From Candidatus Omnitrophota bacterium (lineage in GTDB: Bacteria > Omnitrophota > Gorgyraeia > Zapsychrales > Zapsychraceae): 60,910 bases of DNA. Positions 50,098 through 59,928 of this stretch are shown one piece after another; the stretch's first letter is position 1, and every line of letters starts with the position of its first letter. A program made the position numbers and the translations under genes. Below the pieces are notes generated by a model. That model was not told the origin of the DNA, did not search any database, and worked only from the letters and a program-made list of their open reading frames with translations. The stretch covers positions 1 through 60,910 of the forward strand of contig JAIORP010000096.1 in assembly GCA_021108075.1 (NCBI GenBank), read 5' to 3'.

Positions 50098-51693
50098 ATG
50101 AATTATTTTTCTTTGAGTGGATTTTTCATCGCGGCAACAAGCCTTCTTATCGGAGTATTTGTCCTTATTCGTAACCCCAGGGCAGCGATCAATCGAGCTT
50201 TGTTTTATAACGGGTTTAGTCTTTTTTTCTGGGCGCTGAACTATGCTTTTTGGCAAATGTCATCAGACGCGCAACAAGCCTTGTTCCTGAACCGGGTCAC
50301 AATGATAGGCGCGATCTTTATCCCGTCAACTTTTTTACATTTCTGTTTCCATTTGCTAAACAGTTATCATAAAAATGTCCGCAAGATTGTTGTTTGTTAT
50401 TGTTTTTCCATCATTTTCATCTTGTTAGACATGACCCCTTTGTTTGTTCAGGATGTCCGTCCTCGTTTAATTTTTTCTTTTTGGCCGACGGCGGGCGTGG
50501 CGTTTACCTCTTTTCTTGTCTATTTCTTTAGTGTTATCTTCTGGGGGTTATGCCTTCTGTATTCACATTCCATGAAAGTCACCGGGAATAATCGGAAACA
50601 GTTACGGCTGGTGTTCTGGAGCATCTTGATTTCTTTAACGGGGGGAGCATTTAATTTTCCCTTATGGTATGATATCCCCATCATCCCCTATCCTAATATC
50701 CTTGTGGTCTTTTATGTTTTCGCGCTTAGCTATGCCATTTTTCGTTACCGCCTTATTGATGTCCAATTGGTGATTAAAAAAAGTTTAGTGTATATGACCA
50801 TGATCGCCGTCTTAACGGCGTTATACGCCGGGTTTGTGTATTTTTTTGAGGTGTTTTTCAGGGAATTGATTGGTTATAAATCCATCTTTGTGTCTTTGAT
50901 TTACGCGCTCTCAATTGCCGTTATTTTTATTCCGTTGAGGAATTGGTTGCAACGGTTCATTAACAGGGTATTCTTCCGCGGAAGTTTTTTAGATCTTTTT
51001 GAGCAGAACAAACAGCTCAAACAAGAGATCGCGAAGACAGATAAATACCGGTCGTTAACAACTTTGACGAAAGGCATCGTCCTTGAGATGAAAAACCCTT
51101 TATCGTCTTTGCAAGGTTATGCGTTTTTTTTGCCTAAAAGAATGGATGATGAAAAATTTTTAACACGCTTCGCAGCTGTTTTACACAAAGATCTGAACCG
51201 GCTGACGGGTATGATTGATAAGCTCAATGATTATTGTCAGCCCACTTCGATTGCTTTAAAAGATGTGGATATAAAGGGTTTATTGCTAGAGGCTTTTAAC
51301 GCGTACAAAGGTCAGCTGACTGATTTGAATATTGACTTGCAGCTGGATATTAGTGATGAAGATATATATTTGAACGTGGACCCGAACCAGATCCGTCAAG
51401 TTTTTGTTAATATTGGTTTAAACGCCATTGAATCCATGCCTGAGGGAGGGGTTTTAACGGTCGGACTCAAAAGGAGCCGGGATTTTGTTTTGATCTCTAT
51501 TCAGGACAGTGGGTATGGTATTCCCCCGGAAGATTTAAGCCAGATTTTCGATCCTTTTTATAGCCTGAAAGATCAAAATACCGGATTAGGCCTGTCCATT
51601 ACCCAGGGTATCATTGAGAATCATCAGGGTAAAATTCGTGTAACCAGTAAGATCGGGGAGGGAAGTGAGTTTGTTATCGAACTTCCTCTTTAA
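50098..51693 (+). CDS. HisKA_7TM-type membrane sensor kinase homolog lacking the phospho-His (copy 1)
   Basis: Multi-TM N-terminus (YAIFRYRL); H-box KGIVLEMKNPL; NAIE, DSGYGI, FDPFYS, TGLGL. Confidence 0.85.
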   Translation: MNYFSLSGFFIAATSLLIGVFVLIRNPRAAINRALFYNGFSLFFWALNYAFWQMSSDAQQALFLNRVTMIGAIFIPSTFLHFCFHLLNSYHKNVRKIVVCYCFSIIFILLDMTPLFVQDVRPRLIFSFWPTAGVAFTSFLVYFFSVIFWGLCLLYSHSMKVTGNNRKQLRLVFWSILISLTGGAFNFPLWYDIPIIPYPNILVVFYVFALSYAIFRYRLIDVQLVIKKSLVYMTMIAVLTALYAGFVYFFEVFFRELIGYKSIFVSLIYALSIAVIFIPLRNWLQRFINRVFFRGSFLDLFEQNKQLKQEIAKTDKYRSLTTLTKGIVLEMKNPLSSLQGYAFFLPKRMDDEKFLTRFAAVLHKDLNRLTGMIDKLNDYCQPTSIALKDVDIKGLLLEAFNAYKGQLTDLNIDLQLDISDEDIYLNVDPNQIRQVFVNIGLNAIESMPEGGVLTVGLKRSRDFVLISIQDSGYGIPPEDLSQIFDPFYSLKDQNTGLGLSITQGIIENHQGKIRVTSKIGEGSEFVIELPL

Positions 51694-51741
51694 AATGTTT
51701 TAAGTGGTTCAATTTGTTGCTAAACGAAAAAACAAAATAAT

Positions 51742-53349
51742 ATGCTTTTTTTTACTTTAAGTACATTGATCAATCTTCTCGTCAGTATCATGGTGGGTTG
51801 GTTGGTGTTGTCCCATAACCGCTATCTTCCCGCTAACCGTTCTCTCGTGTATGTTGTGGGTTGTTTGTCAGTCTGGAACGTTTATTTTTTTTGCTTGATG
51901 GTGTCTTCGACGTCTGATCTGGCCCTTTTTGCGGTGCAATGTGTTGTTTTGAGTTGTGTTGTCCTGCCGGTGGCCATATTTGATTTTGTTATTCACCTGC
52001 TTAATATCGTTAAAGAAAATAAAAAGTTTTCGCGGCTCTCCATGCTGTTTTGTTTGGGTTTAGGTTTAGGAATTTTTTTTCCTAACCTGGTGATTAACAG
52101 CCTGCGGCCTAAAATGATGTTCCCCTATTTCCCAACGGCTGGTATTTTATTTCATGCTTATGTGATCTACTTTGCCGTGATTGTTGTTCGCTGTCTATAC
52201 TTGCTATATGCGCATTCTTTGAAGTTAACCGGATTGCGCCGTCAGCAGATCCGTGTTGTTTTTTGGGGTCTGACAATGGCGATCATTGGAGGGGCGACAA
52301 ATCTTTTTCTTTGGTATGATATCGCCATCCCCCCGTATGGCCATGTTTTTATCGGCTTGATTCCCTTGTCATTGAGTTACGGGATCATCAAGTACCGTTT
52401 GATTGGTTTGCAGCTTGTCCTTAAAAAAAGTTTTGTCTATGTCATTTTGATTACGATCATGATTGCCTTTTATTTCTTCCTGGTCCACATCGTCGAGAGG
52501 TTTTTGCGCGGCACTGTCATATTTCATCCTGGCATTGTACCATTGTCTTATGTGGTAACGATTGCGTTTTGTTTTATTCCGTTAAGAGACCGTTTGAAGA
52601 AGGTGCTAGATGAACAATTTCTGCGGGGAAGCTTTTTTGACCTTTTTCAGCTTAATGAGAAACTGAGGCAAGAAATATCGAAGACAGATAAATACAGATC
52701 TCTGTCGACTTTGACAAAAGGAATAGCGTTAGAGATGAAGAATCCGATTGCCACATTGCAATCATATTCCTATATTTTTTCAAAAAAAATAAAAGACAAA
52801 AAATTTATTTTAAAGTTTTCTAATGTGTTGAACAGGGAACTTCAACGGCTTATTAATATGGCCGAAAAGTTGAATGATTACAGCTGTCCGACGCCTTTGG
52901 CCGTCCGTGAGACCGATGTCAATCAACTGTTAAAAGATGTTTTGGAAACGATGCAGCAGGACTTTCTGGACAAGAAAATAAAAGTGTTTAAAGAGATTCA
53001 TCAAGACCCCGTTGAGCTGCCCCTGGACCCGCATCAAATCCGACAGGTGCTAGTCAACATCATCATCAACGCGGTTGAGGCCATGCCGAATGGGGGCAAG
53101 TTGTGGATTGGCAGTGCGATGGATGATGATTCTTTTAAAATATCAATCAAGGATAATGGTTGCGGGATCACGCATGAAGACGTCAGCCAGGTTTTTGATC
53201 CGTTCTACAGCTTAAAAGGTAACAATACCGGTTTAGGTTTATCCATCGCGCAGGCGATCATAGAAGGTCATCGAGGTACGATTGGTGTTCAGAGTGAGAT
53301 TGGAGTGGGAACGGAATTTATCATTGAAGTGCCTTTATCGGGAGAATGA
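51742..53349 (+). CDS. HisKA_7TM-type membrane sensor kinase homolog lacking the phospho-His (copy 2)
   Basis: H-box KGIALEMKNPI; NAVE, DNGCGI, FDPFYS, TGLGL. Confidence 0.85.
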   Translation: MLFFTLSTLINLLVSIMVGWLVLSHNRYLPANRSLVYVVGCLSVWNVYFFCLMVSSTSDLALFAVQCVVLSCVVLPVAIFDFVIHLLNIVKENKKFSRLSMLFCLGLGLGIFFPNLVINSLRPKMMFPYFPTAGILFHAYVIYFAVIVVRCLYLLYAHSLKLTGLRRQQIRVVFWGLTMAIIGGATNLFLWYDIAIPPYGHVFIGLIPLSLSYGIIKYRLIGLQLVLKKSFVYVILITIMIAFYFFLVHIVERFLRGTVIFHPGIVPLSYVVTIAFCFIPLRDRLKKVLDEQFLRGSFFDLFQLNEKLRQEISKTDKYRSLSTLTKGIALEMKNPIATLQSYSYIFSKKIKDKKFILKFSNVLNRELQRLINMAEKLNDYSCPTPLAVRETDVNQLLKDVLETMQQDFLDKKIKVFKEIHQDPVELPLDPHQIRQVLVNIIINAVEAMPNGGKLWIGSAMDDDSFKISIKDNGCGITHEDVSQVFDPFYSLKGNNTGLGLSIAQAIIEGHRGTIGVQSEIGVGTEFIIEVPLSGE

Positions 53350-53588
53350 AGGGCTGGGTGACGGTTTCTTTGCGGGGATGCCGGATGTCTGCCCAACTGA
53401 GAAAATGGTTGGAATCCGGACGATCCTCTGTTTTTATCGTTATTTTTGACAAGATAAAAAACTAATGATAAAATTTTTTGTCTTTTATCCATGTTCTTTT
53501 GGAATCAGGTATAGGGAGATGGGGTTTGATGGCGTCATTTTTTTTTATATTTAGATCGATGTCACAGAATGAATTTAGATCAGGATTA

Positions 53589-53648
53589 TACCAAATCCAT
53601 TAATGAATTGTTCTATTTCAATTCTGAGAAGCAGAATCGGGTTTGGTA
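53589..53648 (+). mobile_element. MITE family 1 short variant (60 bp)
   Basis: TTA-TACCAAATCCATTAATG ... GAATCGGGTTTGGTA-TTA. Confidence 0.82.
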
Positions 53649-53671
53649 TTATTAAAAGCAAAGAGAAGGAA

Positions 53672-54565
53672 ATGAAAGATCACGTAAGCTTAAACAAGAA
53701 AGAATGGTTTATTGAAACACCGCTGCCAGGATCACGGCGTTATAAACTGGATGCGTTTCAGATTGAAAAAAATATTTTTAGAGGGAAGACGCCTTTTCAG
53801 GACGTTCATGTTTTTGAGAGCAAGGGCTTTGGCCGCGTGTTATCTCTGGATGGGATTATTCAGTTTACACAAAGTGATGAATTCATCTATCATGAAGTTA
53901 TCGCGCATGTGCCGTTATTTTCGCACCCGAACCCTAAACGTTTTCTGGTTATCGGTGGGGGAGACGGTGGCGTTTTGCGGGAGGCAACCAGGCATCCCTT
54001 AAAAGAAATATATCATGTTGAATTGGATCGGGAGATCGTCGAGATATGCAGAAAATACTTGCCGTCTTTATCCCGGGGGGCATTCAAGGATAAGCGTGTC
54101 AAGCTGTGCTTTGAAGACGGCATGAACTTTGTAAAGCAATACAAGGATTATTTTGATGTGATCGTTGTCGACTCGACGGACCCTGTTGGCCCGGGGAAGG
54201 TGTTATTTGAAATGGGCTTTTATCGGGACCTTTTCGCGGCTTTACGTAAAGACGGCATCGCGATTTTTCAGATGGGGGCATTATTAGATTTTTCCTTGCT
54301 TGTGAAACCTTATGCCAAAAAACTTCAAAAGCTTTACCCTTTTGTGAACCCGGTCCGTTTGCCGATGGCGTCGTACAGTTGCGGTTGTGAATACAGTTTT
54401 CTTTTGGCTTCGAAAAAAGTTGATTTGAGGGCGCTAAAGCCGTCTCTGGTCTCGAAACGTCTGAACTCCCGGCTGGGAAAGAATGCCGGGCAACTTCTGT
54501 ATTACACGCCTGAATTGCATTGTGCCAGTTTGGTTATGCCCAAAATGTGGACTCTGGATAAATGA
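53672..54565 (+). CDS. speE: Polyamine aminopropyltransferase (spermidine synthase family)
   Basis: LDGIIQ...DEFIYHE, LVIGGGDGGVLRE, FDVIVVDSTDPVGPG. Confidence 0.9.
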   Translation: MKDHVSLNKKEWFIETPLPGSRRYKLDAFQIEKNIFRGKTPFQDVHVFESKGFGRVLSLDGIIQFTQSDEFIYHEVIAHVPLFSHPNPKRFLVIGGGDGGVLREATRHPLKEIYHVELDREIVEICRKYLPSLSRGAFKDKRVKLCFEDGMNFVKQYKDYFDVIVVDSTDPVGPGKVLFEMGFYRDLFAALRKDGIAIFQMGALLDFSLLVKPYAKKLQKLYPFVNPVRLPMASYSCGCEYSFLLASKKVDLRALKPSLVSKRLNSRLGKNAGQLLYYTPELHCASLVMPKMWTLDK

Positions 54566-55557
54566 GTAAGAAATATAACGTCTTGATTGTCGGCGATGGG
54601 CGGATAGGTCAGGCCGTCACATCTATCTTAAAAAAATGGCGCCGGATTAACAGCGTCCGGTTTTATTCCGCTCAACAAAATGTGTCATCGTGTGATTTTT
54701 TTTTCGGGGCATTGCCAGGGGCGCTGGGCGAGCAGTCCCTTAATCTGGCCTTAAAATACCGGAAACCCCTGATTGATATCGCGGATATCGACCCGCCTTT
54801 TTATTTAAAGCACGCATCAGCCATTAAGAAAAATAACCTTTTGGTTGTCCCTGAATGTGGTTTTTCACCGGGGTTGGTTAATCTTATTCTCGGATATCTC
54901 ATCAAAAAATATTGTCCCGTCTCCCGCATTGAGGTTGCCGTCGGATCTCTGACCAAAGAAAAAAACACGTTTCCTTTCCTGTGGTGTTTTGAGGACTTGA
55001 TCGCGGAACACCAGTTGAGCTCATGGCAATTAGTCGGAGGGGAAAAGGTCAAATGCCCGCCATTCGGGGATTACCGCAAAGAGACGTTCTTTGGCATCCC
55101 TGCGGAAAGTTGTCTTTGCGCAAGTGGGTTTGAACAGTTCCTGTCCGCCCCGGGCCTTAAGAGTTTTACAACAAGAGTCGTTCGTCCTCGGGGCTATCAA
55201 TTGTTTTATGAACAATTACGATCTCAGGGTTTTTTTCGCAAAGGCCATTTCGATCAAACGAAAAAGATTTTAGAAGGGCAGAAATTCGACAATATGACGT
55301 TTGCCATTGTGAATGTGGTATCCCGAAAACGAAGGTTGTCCTGGGTGATAAAAAGTTCCGCGTCGAAAAGAGAAAAAATGAACTCGATGCAAAAAATTAC
55401 TGTTAGTTTGCCGGTTGTGTTGGCCCGGTGGATATTGACCGGAAAAATTTCTCAACCCGGTTTAAAGTTTGCGGAATCATTCGCGCGCGACCCGGAAATT
55501 TTTAACGCATTGCTGAAGGATGTTCAAAAAAACGGGGTAGACGTATTCGTCAACTAG
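54562..55557 (+). CDS. Saccharopine dehydrogenase-like oxidoreductase
   Basis: IVGDGRIG, ECGFSPGLVN, W..EDLIAE; ATGA overlap with speE. Confidence 0.75.
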   Translation: MSKKYNVLIVGDGRIGQAVTSILKKWRRINSVRFYSAQQNVSSCDFFFGALPGALGEQSLNLALKYRKPLIDIADIDPPFYLKHASAIKKNNLLVVPECGFSPGLVNLILGYLIKKYCPVSRIEVAVGSLTKEKNTFPFLWCFEDLIAEHQLSSWQLVGGEKVKCPPFGDYRKETFFGIPAESCLCASGFEQFLSAPGLKSFTTRVVRPRGYQLFYEQLRSQGFFRKGHFDQTKKILEGQKFDNMTFAIVNVVSRKRRLSWVIKSSASKREKMNSMQKITVSLPVVLARWILTGKISQPGLKFAESFARDPEIFNALLKDVQKNGVDVFVN

Positions 55558-55568
55558 GGAGGTCAAAC

Positions 55569-56087
55569 ATGATCAGTCATTCTTATTTGACGGCAAAAGC
55601 CAATGTCCGTGAAGATTCCATCAACCGTAAAGGTATTTTTGCCCGTGAGGAAATTAAGAAAGACGCGTTAATATCGATATGGGGCGGGGCGATCGTTACC
55701 GGGGAGGAATTAGGCCGGCTGGCTCAAACGGTGTTTAAGGGCGCGCATGATTACGCGACTGTTATTGCCGAAGGGTTTTATATGGTTTCTTCAAAGGATG
55801 GGACCTTGGAAGATGATGATTTTTTTAATCATAGTTGTGACCCAAACGCTGGCATGCGCGGGAATATCGTCTTAGTCGCCATGCGTGACATTCAGTCGGG
55901 AGAAGAAATCACCTATGATTACATGATGACCGATGCCGACTATGACTATTCATTCCATTGCGCGTGTTCGTCCATGTGCTGTCGCAAAGTTATTACAGGA
56001 CGCGATTGGATGATCAAAGAGCTGCAAGAAAAATACAGGGGCTATTTTACGTGGCACGTTGAAAATAAAATCCGGCAGATGACGTGA
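55569..56087 (+). CDS. SET-domain methyltransferase with post-SET cysteines
   Basis: GIFAREEI, FFNHSCDPN, RDIQSGEEITYDY, CACSSMCCR. Confidence 0.9.
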   Translation: MISHSYLTAKANVREDSINRKGIFAREEIKKDALISIWGGAIVTGEELGRLAQTVFKGAHDYATVIAEGFYMVSSKDGTLEDDDFFNHSCDPNAGMRGNIVLVAMRDIQSGEEITYDYMMTDADYDYSFHCACSSMCCRKVITGRDWMIKELQEKYRGYFTWHVENKIRQMT

Positions 56088-56125
56088 TGGGTATTGTTCG
56101 TCTGCCTTATTCTGGGTGATTTATC

Positions 56126-57007
56126 ATGAAAAAGGAATTTTCTTACCCACGGTCATTTAAGCGGGGCATTGTTTTCGCGGTCATCCTTACTCTGTTTTTT
56201 TCTTCGGCGGCTTTGTTGTTTCTCCTTGTTCAATTTAACCAATTACCTGACTCTGTCAAAAATTTTATCTTTATTTCTGCCGTGTTGCTGCTGATCCTTT
56301 TCCGTTATTTATATGACATTTGTATCCGGATGAAGGAGAAGATCCTGGTTGATAATGACCTTCTGGTGTATATCAAAGCCAACGGAGGCTCTGTGAGTTT
56401 GTCCCGGGGAGAAATCGGCCGGATTGAAGAACACCCGTATCAGCAGCGCTTAACCGTTCATGACCATTCAGAATCGATTGCCATCCCGGTTGAATATCAG
56501 TTGGAAGGGTTTGACCAACTGCGTGAATGGATTCTGTCATGTTCAGATTATTTGGATGATGCTGTCCTCGGGCAGAAAACTTTTCACCCGCATGGTCTGA
56601 AAGTGAAGTCAGCTGTTTTTTGTTTGCTTCTTTTTCCGGGAAGCATCTATTTTATTCCAGACGATTTTCAGATGTCTAATGAGGGAATGTCCGTACTTAT
56701 TTTTATGGGTGGATTCCTGTTTGTGCTTATAAAAAATGTGTGGTCCTTACGGATTGAAATAGACCATGTCGTTTTGCGATACCCACTGCGTAAGAAGGTT
56801 GTTTTTTTAAAGAATATTCAATCCATTCAAATGATCAATGAAAACAAATACAATAATGCCCTCTCGGTCGTTCTTGTCGTTTTGAACAATGAGAATAAGA
56901 TTCGGCTGACATATTTCAAGGAGGGGAGCATTGCCCTCTACCGCTCATTGCATCATGCCTGGAGAAATTGCGGTCGGAATTCGAATCATACCGAATCCAT
57001 TCATTAA
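56126..57007 (+). CDS. Membrane protein with two (2TM + PH-like) repeats
   Basis: Two hydrophobic hairpins each followed by a short beta-rich domain; the last codons come from a MITE left-end fragment at 56989-57017. Confidence 0.65.
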   Translation: MKKEFSYPRSFKRGIVFAVILTLFFSSAALLFLLVQFNQLPDSVKNFIFISAVLLLILFRYLYDICIRMKEKILVDNDLLVYIKANGGSVSLSRGEIGRIEEHPYQQRLTVHDHSESIAIPVEYQLEGFDQLREWILSCSDYLDDAVLGQKTFHPHGLKVKSAVFCLLLFPGSIYFIPDDFQMSNEGMSVLIFMGGFLFVLIKNVWSLRIEIDHVVLRYPLRKKVVFLKNIQSIQMINENKYNNALSVVLVVLNNENKIRLTYFKEGSIALYRSLHHAWRNCGRNSNHTESIH

Positions 57008-57059
57008 TTGTTCTATTTTATCGTTTTTTGTGAACGCTTTTACACGAATATCGAAGTAA

Positions 57060-57285
57060 TACCAAATTCATTAATAAATTGCTCCATCTTAATTCTGAAA
57101 AGCAGAATTGGTTTTGGTCATTATTTAACCCGGATTTTTCAATAGAAGAGGTAATCCGGCTTGAACCGCTGCTTTTCTCGTCAGTAATTGAGGAAGCAGA
57201 CGATTTTGCAATAAAACCTTTTTCTCCCGTCCGTTTATGTCGAGAAAAAGATTCTATTGCAAAATTCGGTTTAATGGAATTGGTA
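57060..57285 (+). mobile_element. MITE family 1 copy with a nested family-2 element
   Basis: TAA direct repeats; 80-bp element plus 146 extra bp in the right TIR. Confidence 0.9.
57129..57270. mobile_element. Nested MITE family 2 (about 142 bp, TTAA or TA duplication)
   Basis: CCCGGATTTTTCAATAGAA ... TTCTATTGCAAAATTCGGT flanked by TTAA on both sides. Confidence 0.82.
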
Positions 57286-57376
57286 TAATCAGTCGTTACC
57301 ATAATATGAAAATAATCGGTTTTGTTTTTTCTATTTATACTATAATTAATATAATTTAACATTATGAATCGGTAGG

Positions 57377-59044
57377 ATGTGTTTCGGTATTGTTATGAAT
57401 AAGATGATATTTGTTTTGGCGAAGTTGAAGTCTCTTTCCGCTTATTTAATTATAATGTCTGTGTGTTTACTCCTTTATTGGCCCACATTGAATTATGGGC
57501 TGACCTACCTGGATGACAATGTTTGGGTCGTGGAATATCAGTGGTTCTTTCAGCAAATACAAAATAGTATCCATATATTAACCAAGCCTGATTTTATCTC
57601 CGGGATTTTTTATCGTCCATTGCTGAACTTGTCGTTTATGCTCAACGCCAACATTCTGGGCGGAAAACTTTTGAGTTATCGGTTGTTTAATATTGGCTTC
57701 CATGTTTTTAACGGATTTTTGGTCTATCGCGTTCTCGTCGGGTTCCAATATAGGCGGGAATTGGCATTATATTGGAGTTTGATCTTTTGCGCCCATCCTG
57801 CGCTTGTTTCCGCTGTCGCATGGATCCCGGGCCGGACAGACTCGCTGCTCGCGTTTTTCTGTTTAAGCAGTTTTTTATTCTTCATGAAATATACGGGCAC
57901 ACGGAACATTTTTTATTCCATTATGCATTTGATATGTTTTATTTGCGCCCTGGGCGTCAAAGAGACAGCGATTGTGTTGCCTGTTGTTTGCGGTGTTTAT
58001 TATTATTTATTAGTTAAGCCTGGTTTTTTGTTCCGCTCGATGCACCGGCTCATCGCGGCCTGGTTTTTTCTTATGTTCTTTTGGTTGAATGTCCATCAGA
58101 TTGTTTTGATCGATTCCCCTCAAGTAAACCTGGAAATGATGAAATTGTCATTGGTGAGCAATAGTCCCGCTATCCTTTCTTATCTGGGGAAAGCGTTCCT
58201 TCCTTTTAATTTGTCTGTTTTACCTGACCTCAAAGACCTGACCTTAGTCTATGGCGGTATTACAGTCTTGTTTATGGGGTTGTTTTGCTTCAGGGGTTTT
58301 AAGCGTCGTTACCGATACATATTTTTTGGTTTTTTTTGGTTTCTGATTTTTTTAGTGCCCTCGCTGATCCTTAGTTTTATTAAACATGAATACCGGTTGT
58401 ATTTACCTCTCTTTGGTTTTATCCTTTGCGCGCAGGAATTATTTGTCGCCACCTGGTTTGATACGCGTCGTTATATTGTCCGTGTCATGATGGTTAGCGT
58501 GCTGATTGTTTTTTGTTTTTTGACATTGATTCACAGCCATCATTATCATAATCAGTTCTCTTTTTGGGAAAATGCCGTGCAAACATCCCCGCATTCTCCC
58601 CTCGCCCATCGGAATTTGGGTGCCATGTATTATCTTGAAGGTAAGTTTAAGGAGGCCAAAAACCTGTTCAGGCAAGCATTGGTTATTAACCCAAAAGAAA
58701 AAATGGCCAATATGAACTTAGGCTTGATCGCGATGCAGAACCACAATTTTCGCCAAGCCGAGATGCATTTTCTGAGGGAGGCAAGAATCAATCCCTATTA
58801 TGATAGTGTTTATTTGAATTGGGGGATCTTGTCCTACCAGACGGGACGTTGGCGTAAAGCCGAATCATTATGGTTGAGGACCGTAGAGTTGAATCCGAAC
58901 AATGTGAAGGCCTATAAGAATCTGCTTGTATTGTACCTGAATACAGGAAATAAAAATGCTTCAGAGCAATTAATTTGGATGATGCAGGATAAAGGCATTC
59001 CTATATCGAACGATCATTTGCTTGCGTTTCAACGACTTATGTGA
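57377..59044 (+). CDS. TMTC-like protein: GT-C membrane domain plus C-terminal TPRs
   Basis: YLDD, FYRPL, HPA..SAVAWIPGR, KETAI, RLYLP, then TPR repeats (AHRNLGAMY). Confidence 0.85.
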   Translation: MCFGIVMNKMIFVLAKLKSLSAYLIIMSVCLLLYWPTLNYGLTYLDDNVWVVEYQWFFQQIQNSIHILTKPDFISGIFYRPLLNLSFMLNANILGGKLLSYRLFNIGFHVFNGFLVYRVLVGFQYRRELALYWSLIFCAHPALVSAVAWIPGRTDSLLAFFCLSSFLFFMKYTGTRNIFYSIMHLICFICALGVKETAIVLPVVCGVYYYLLVKPGFLFRSMHRLIAAWFFLMFFWLNVHQIVLIDSPQVNLEMMKLSLVSNSPAILSYLGKAFLPFNLSVLPDLKDLTLVYGGITVLFMGLFCFRGFKRRYRYIFFGFFWFLIFLVPSLILSFIKHEYRLYLPLFGFILCAQELFVATWFDTRRYIVRVMMVSVLIVFCFLTLIHSHHYHNQFSFWENAVQTSPHSPLAHRNLGAMYYLEGKFKEAKNLFRQALVINPKEKMANMNLGLIAMQNHNFRQAEMHFLREARINPYYDSVYLNWGILSYQTGRWRKAESLWLRTVELNPNNVKAYKNLLVLYLNTGNKNASEQLIWMMQDKGIPISNDHLLAFQRLM

Positions 59045-59228
59045 ATTTCGTTGTGTATCCCCGGCCAGGAAAGCGTTATCCTTTTTTTCGAGTTAATTCT
59101 TTAAAAGTGCGTGTACGGGGGGTATACTTGTATCATGTAGAGATGGAAAGCTGCAAAAATGAAGTTTGTTTGAGGATTCTTGCCAGAGAGCAAGAAAAGG
59201 TATTCGTAAACAAAAGAGGGAGGGTTTT

Positions 59229-59441
59229 ATGAAACAAGAAAACAAAGCAGCGTTGGAAAATCTCAGCAAGACTTGTTATAACGGGGGGTTATTGCCAATA
59301 TTTTTGGGTATCCTTGTGACCTTTATTGATGTCGTCCGGTCAGATTTGCCTCACGCCCTTACCGGTATGTTTATTTTTGTCACGGGTTATTCATTCGTTA
59401 AGATATCAAAGAAATTAAAAACTATTGTAGAGAGCGAATAG
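59229..59441 (+). CDS. Small two-TM protein
   Basis: GGGAGG RBS, 70 aa, followed by a terminator. Confidence 0.7.
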   Translation: MKQENKAALENLSKTCYNGGLLPIFLGILVTFIDVVRSDLPHALTGMFIFVTGYSFVKISKKLKTIVESE

Positions 59442-59453
59442 TTTTTTTTATAG

Positions 59454-59488
59454 AGGCAGCCTTAATCATTTGAGGCTGCCTTTTTTTT
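59454..59488 (+). terminator. Intrinsic terminator
   Basis: AGGCAGCCT/AGGCTGCCT stem plus T tract. Confidence 0.85.
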
Positions 59489-59554
59489 CGCCCACATGGC
59501 GGACGGGTGAAGGCCTCCTTCGAGGTAACTGCCCGCGCGGTTTTTTGGTGTCAT

Positions 59555-59599
59555 TACCAAACCCGGGTCTACTTTTCAGAATTGAAATAGAACAATTCA
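59555..59599 (-). repeat. Partial short-variant MITE family 1
   Basis: TACCAAACCCG...TTTTCAGAATTGAAATAGAACAATTCAT resembles the reverse complement of 53589-53648. Confidence 0.65.
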
Positions 59600-59610
59600 T
59601 GCCAATCACG

Positions 59611-59795
59611 TTAATCCCGGAAAATGCGATTGGGATCACCTGCTAAGGCAAAACTCGTCGCAATTGCTACGTTATGCTCGGGATTATTTCGTTCACCGTG
59701 CCTCGATACGCTTCACGAAATAACCCTCGCAATGCCTTGCACTTGCAACAACGACTGCCTTCTCGTTACGATTCCAATTGCCTTTTCCGGGTTAA
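59611..59795. mobile_element. Family-2 fold-back element (about 177 bp between TTAA sites)
   Basis: CCCGGAAAATGCGATTGGGATC ... GATTCCAATTGCCTTTTCCGGG with nested internal inverted repeats. Confidence 0.75.
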
Positions 59796-59799
59796 ATAA

Positions 59800-59879
59800 T
59801 ACCAAATCCATTAATAAATTGTTCTACCTTAATTCTGAAAAGCAGAATTGGTTTTGGTCATTATTTAATGGAATTGGTA
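59800..59879 (+). mobile_element. MITE family 1 (80 bp)
   Basis: Both TIRs, TAA direct repeats. Confidence 0.93.
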
Positions 59880-59928
59880 TAATTGTACAAATAGCGAGAC
59901 CAAATCCAATAAATAACGATAAAAAGAA

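Noticed and set aside
53373-53428. Extended hairpin between the kinase pair and speE
   Set aside because: No recognisable riboswitch motif; may be a simple terminator-like structure.
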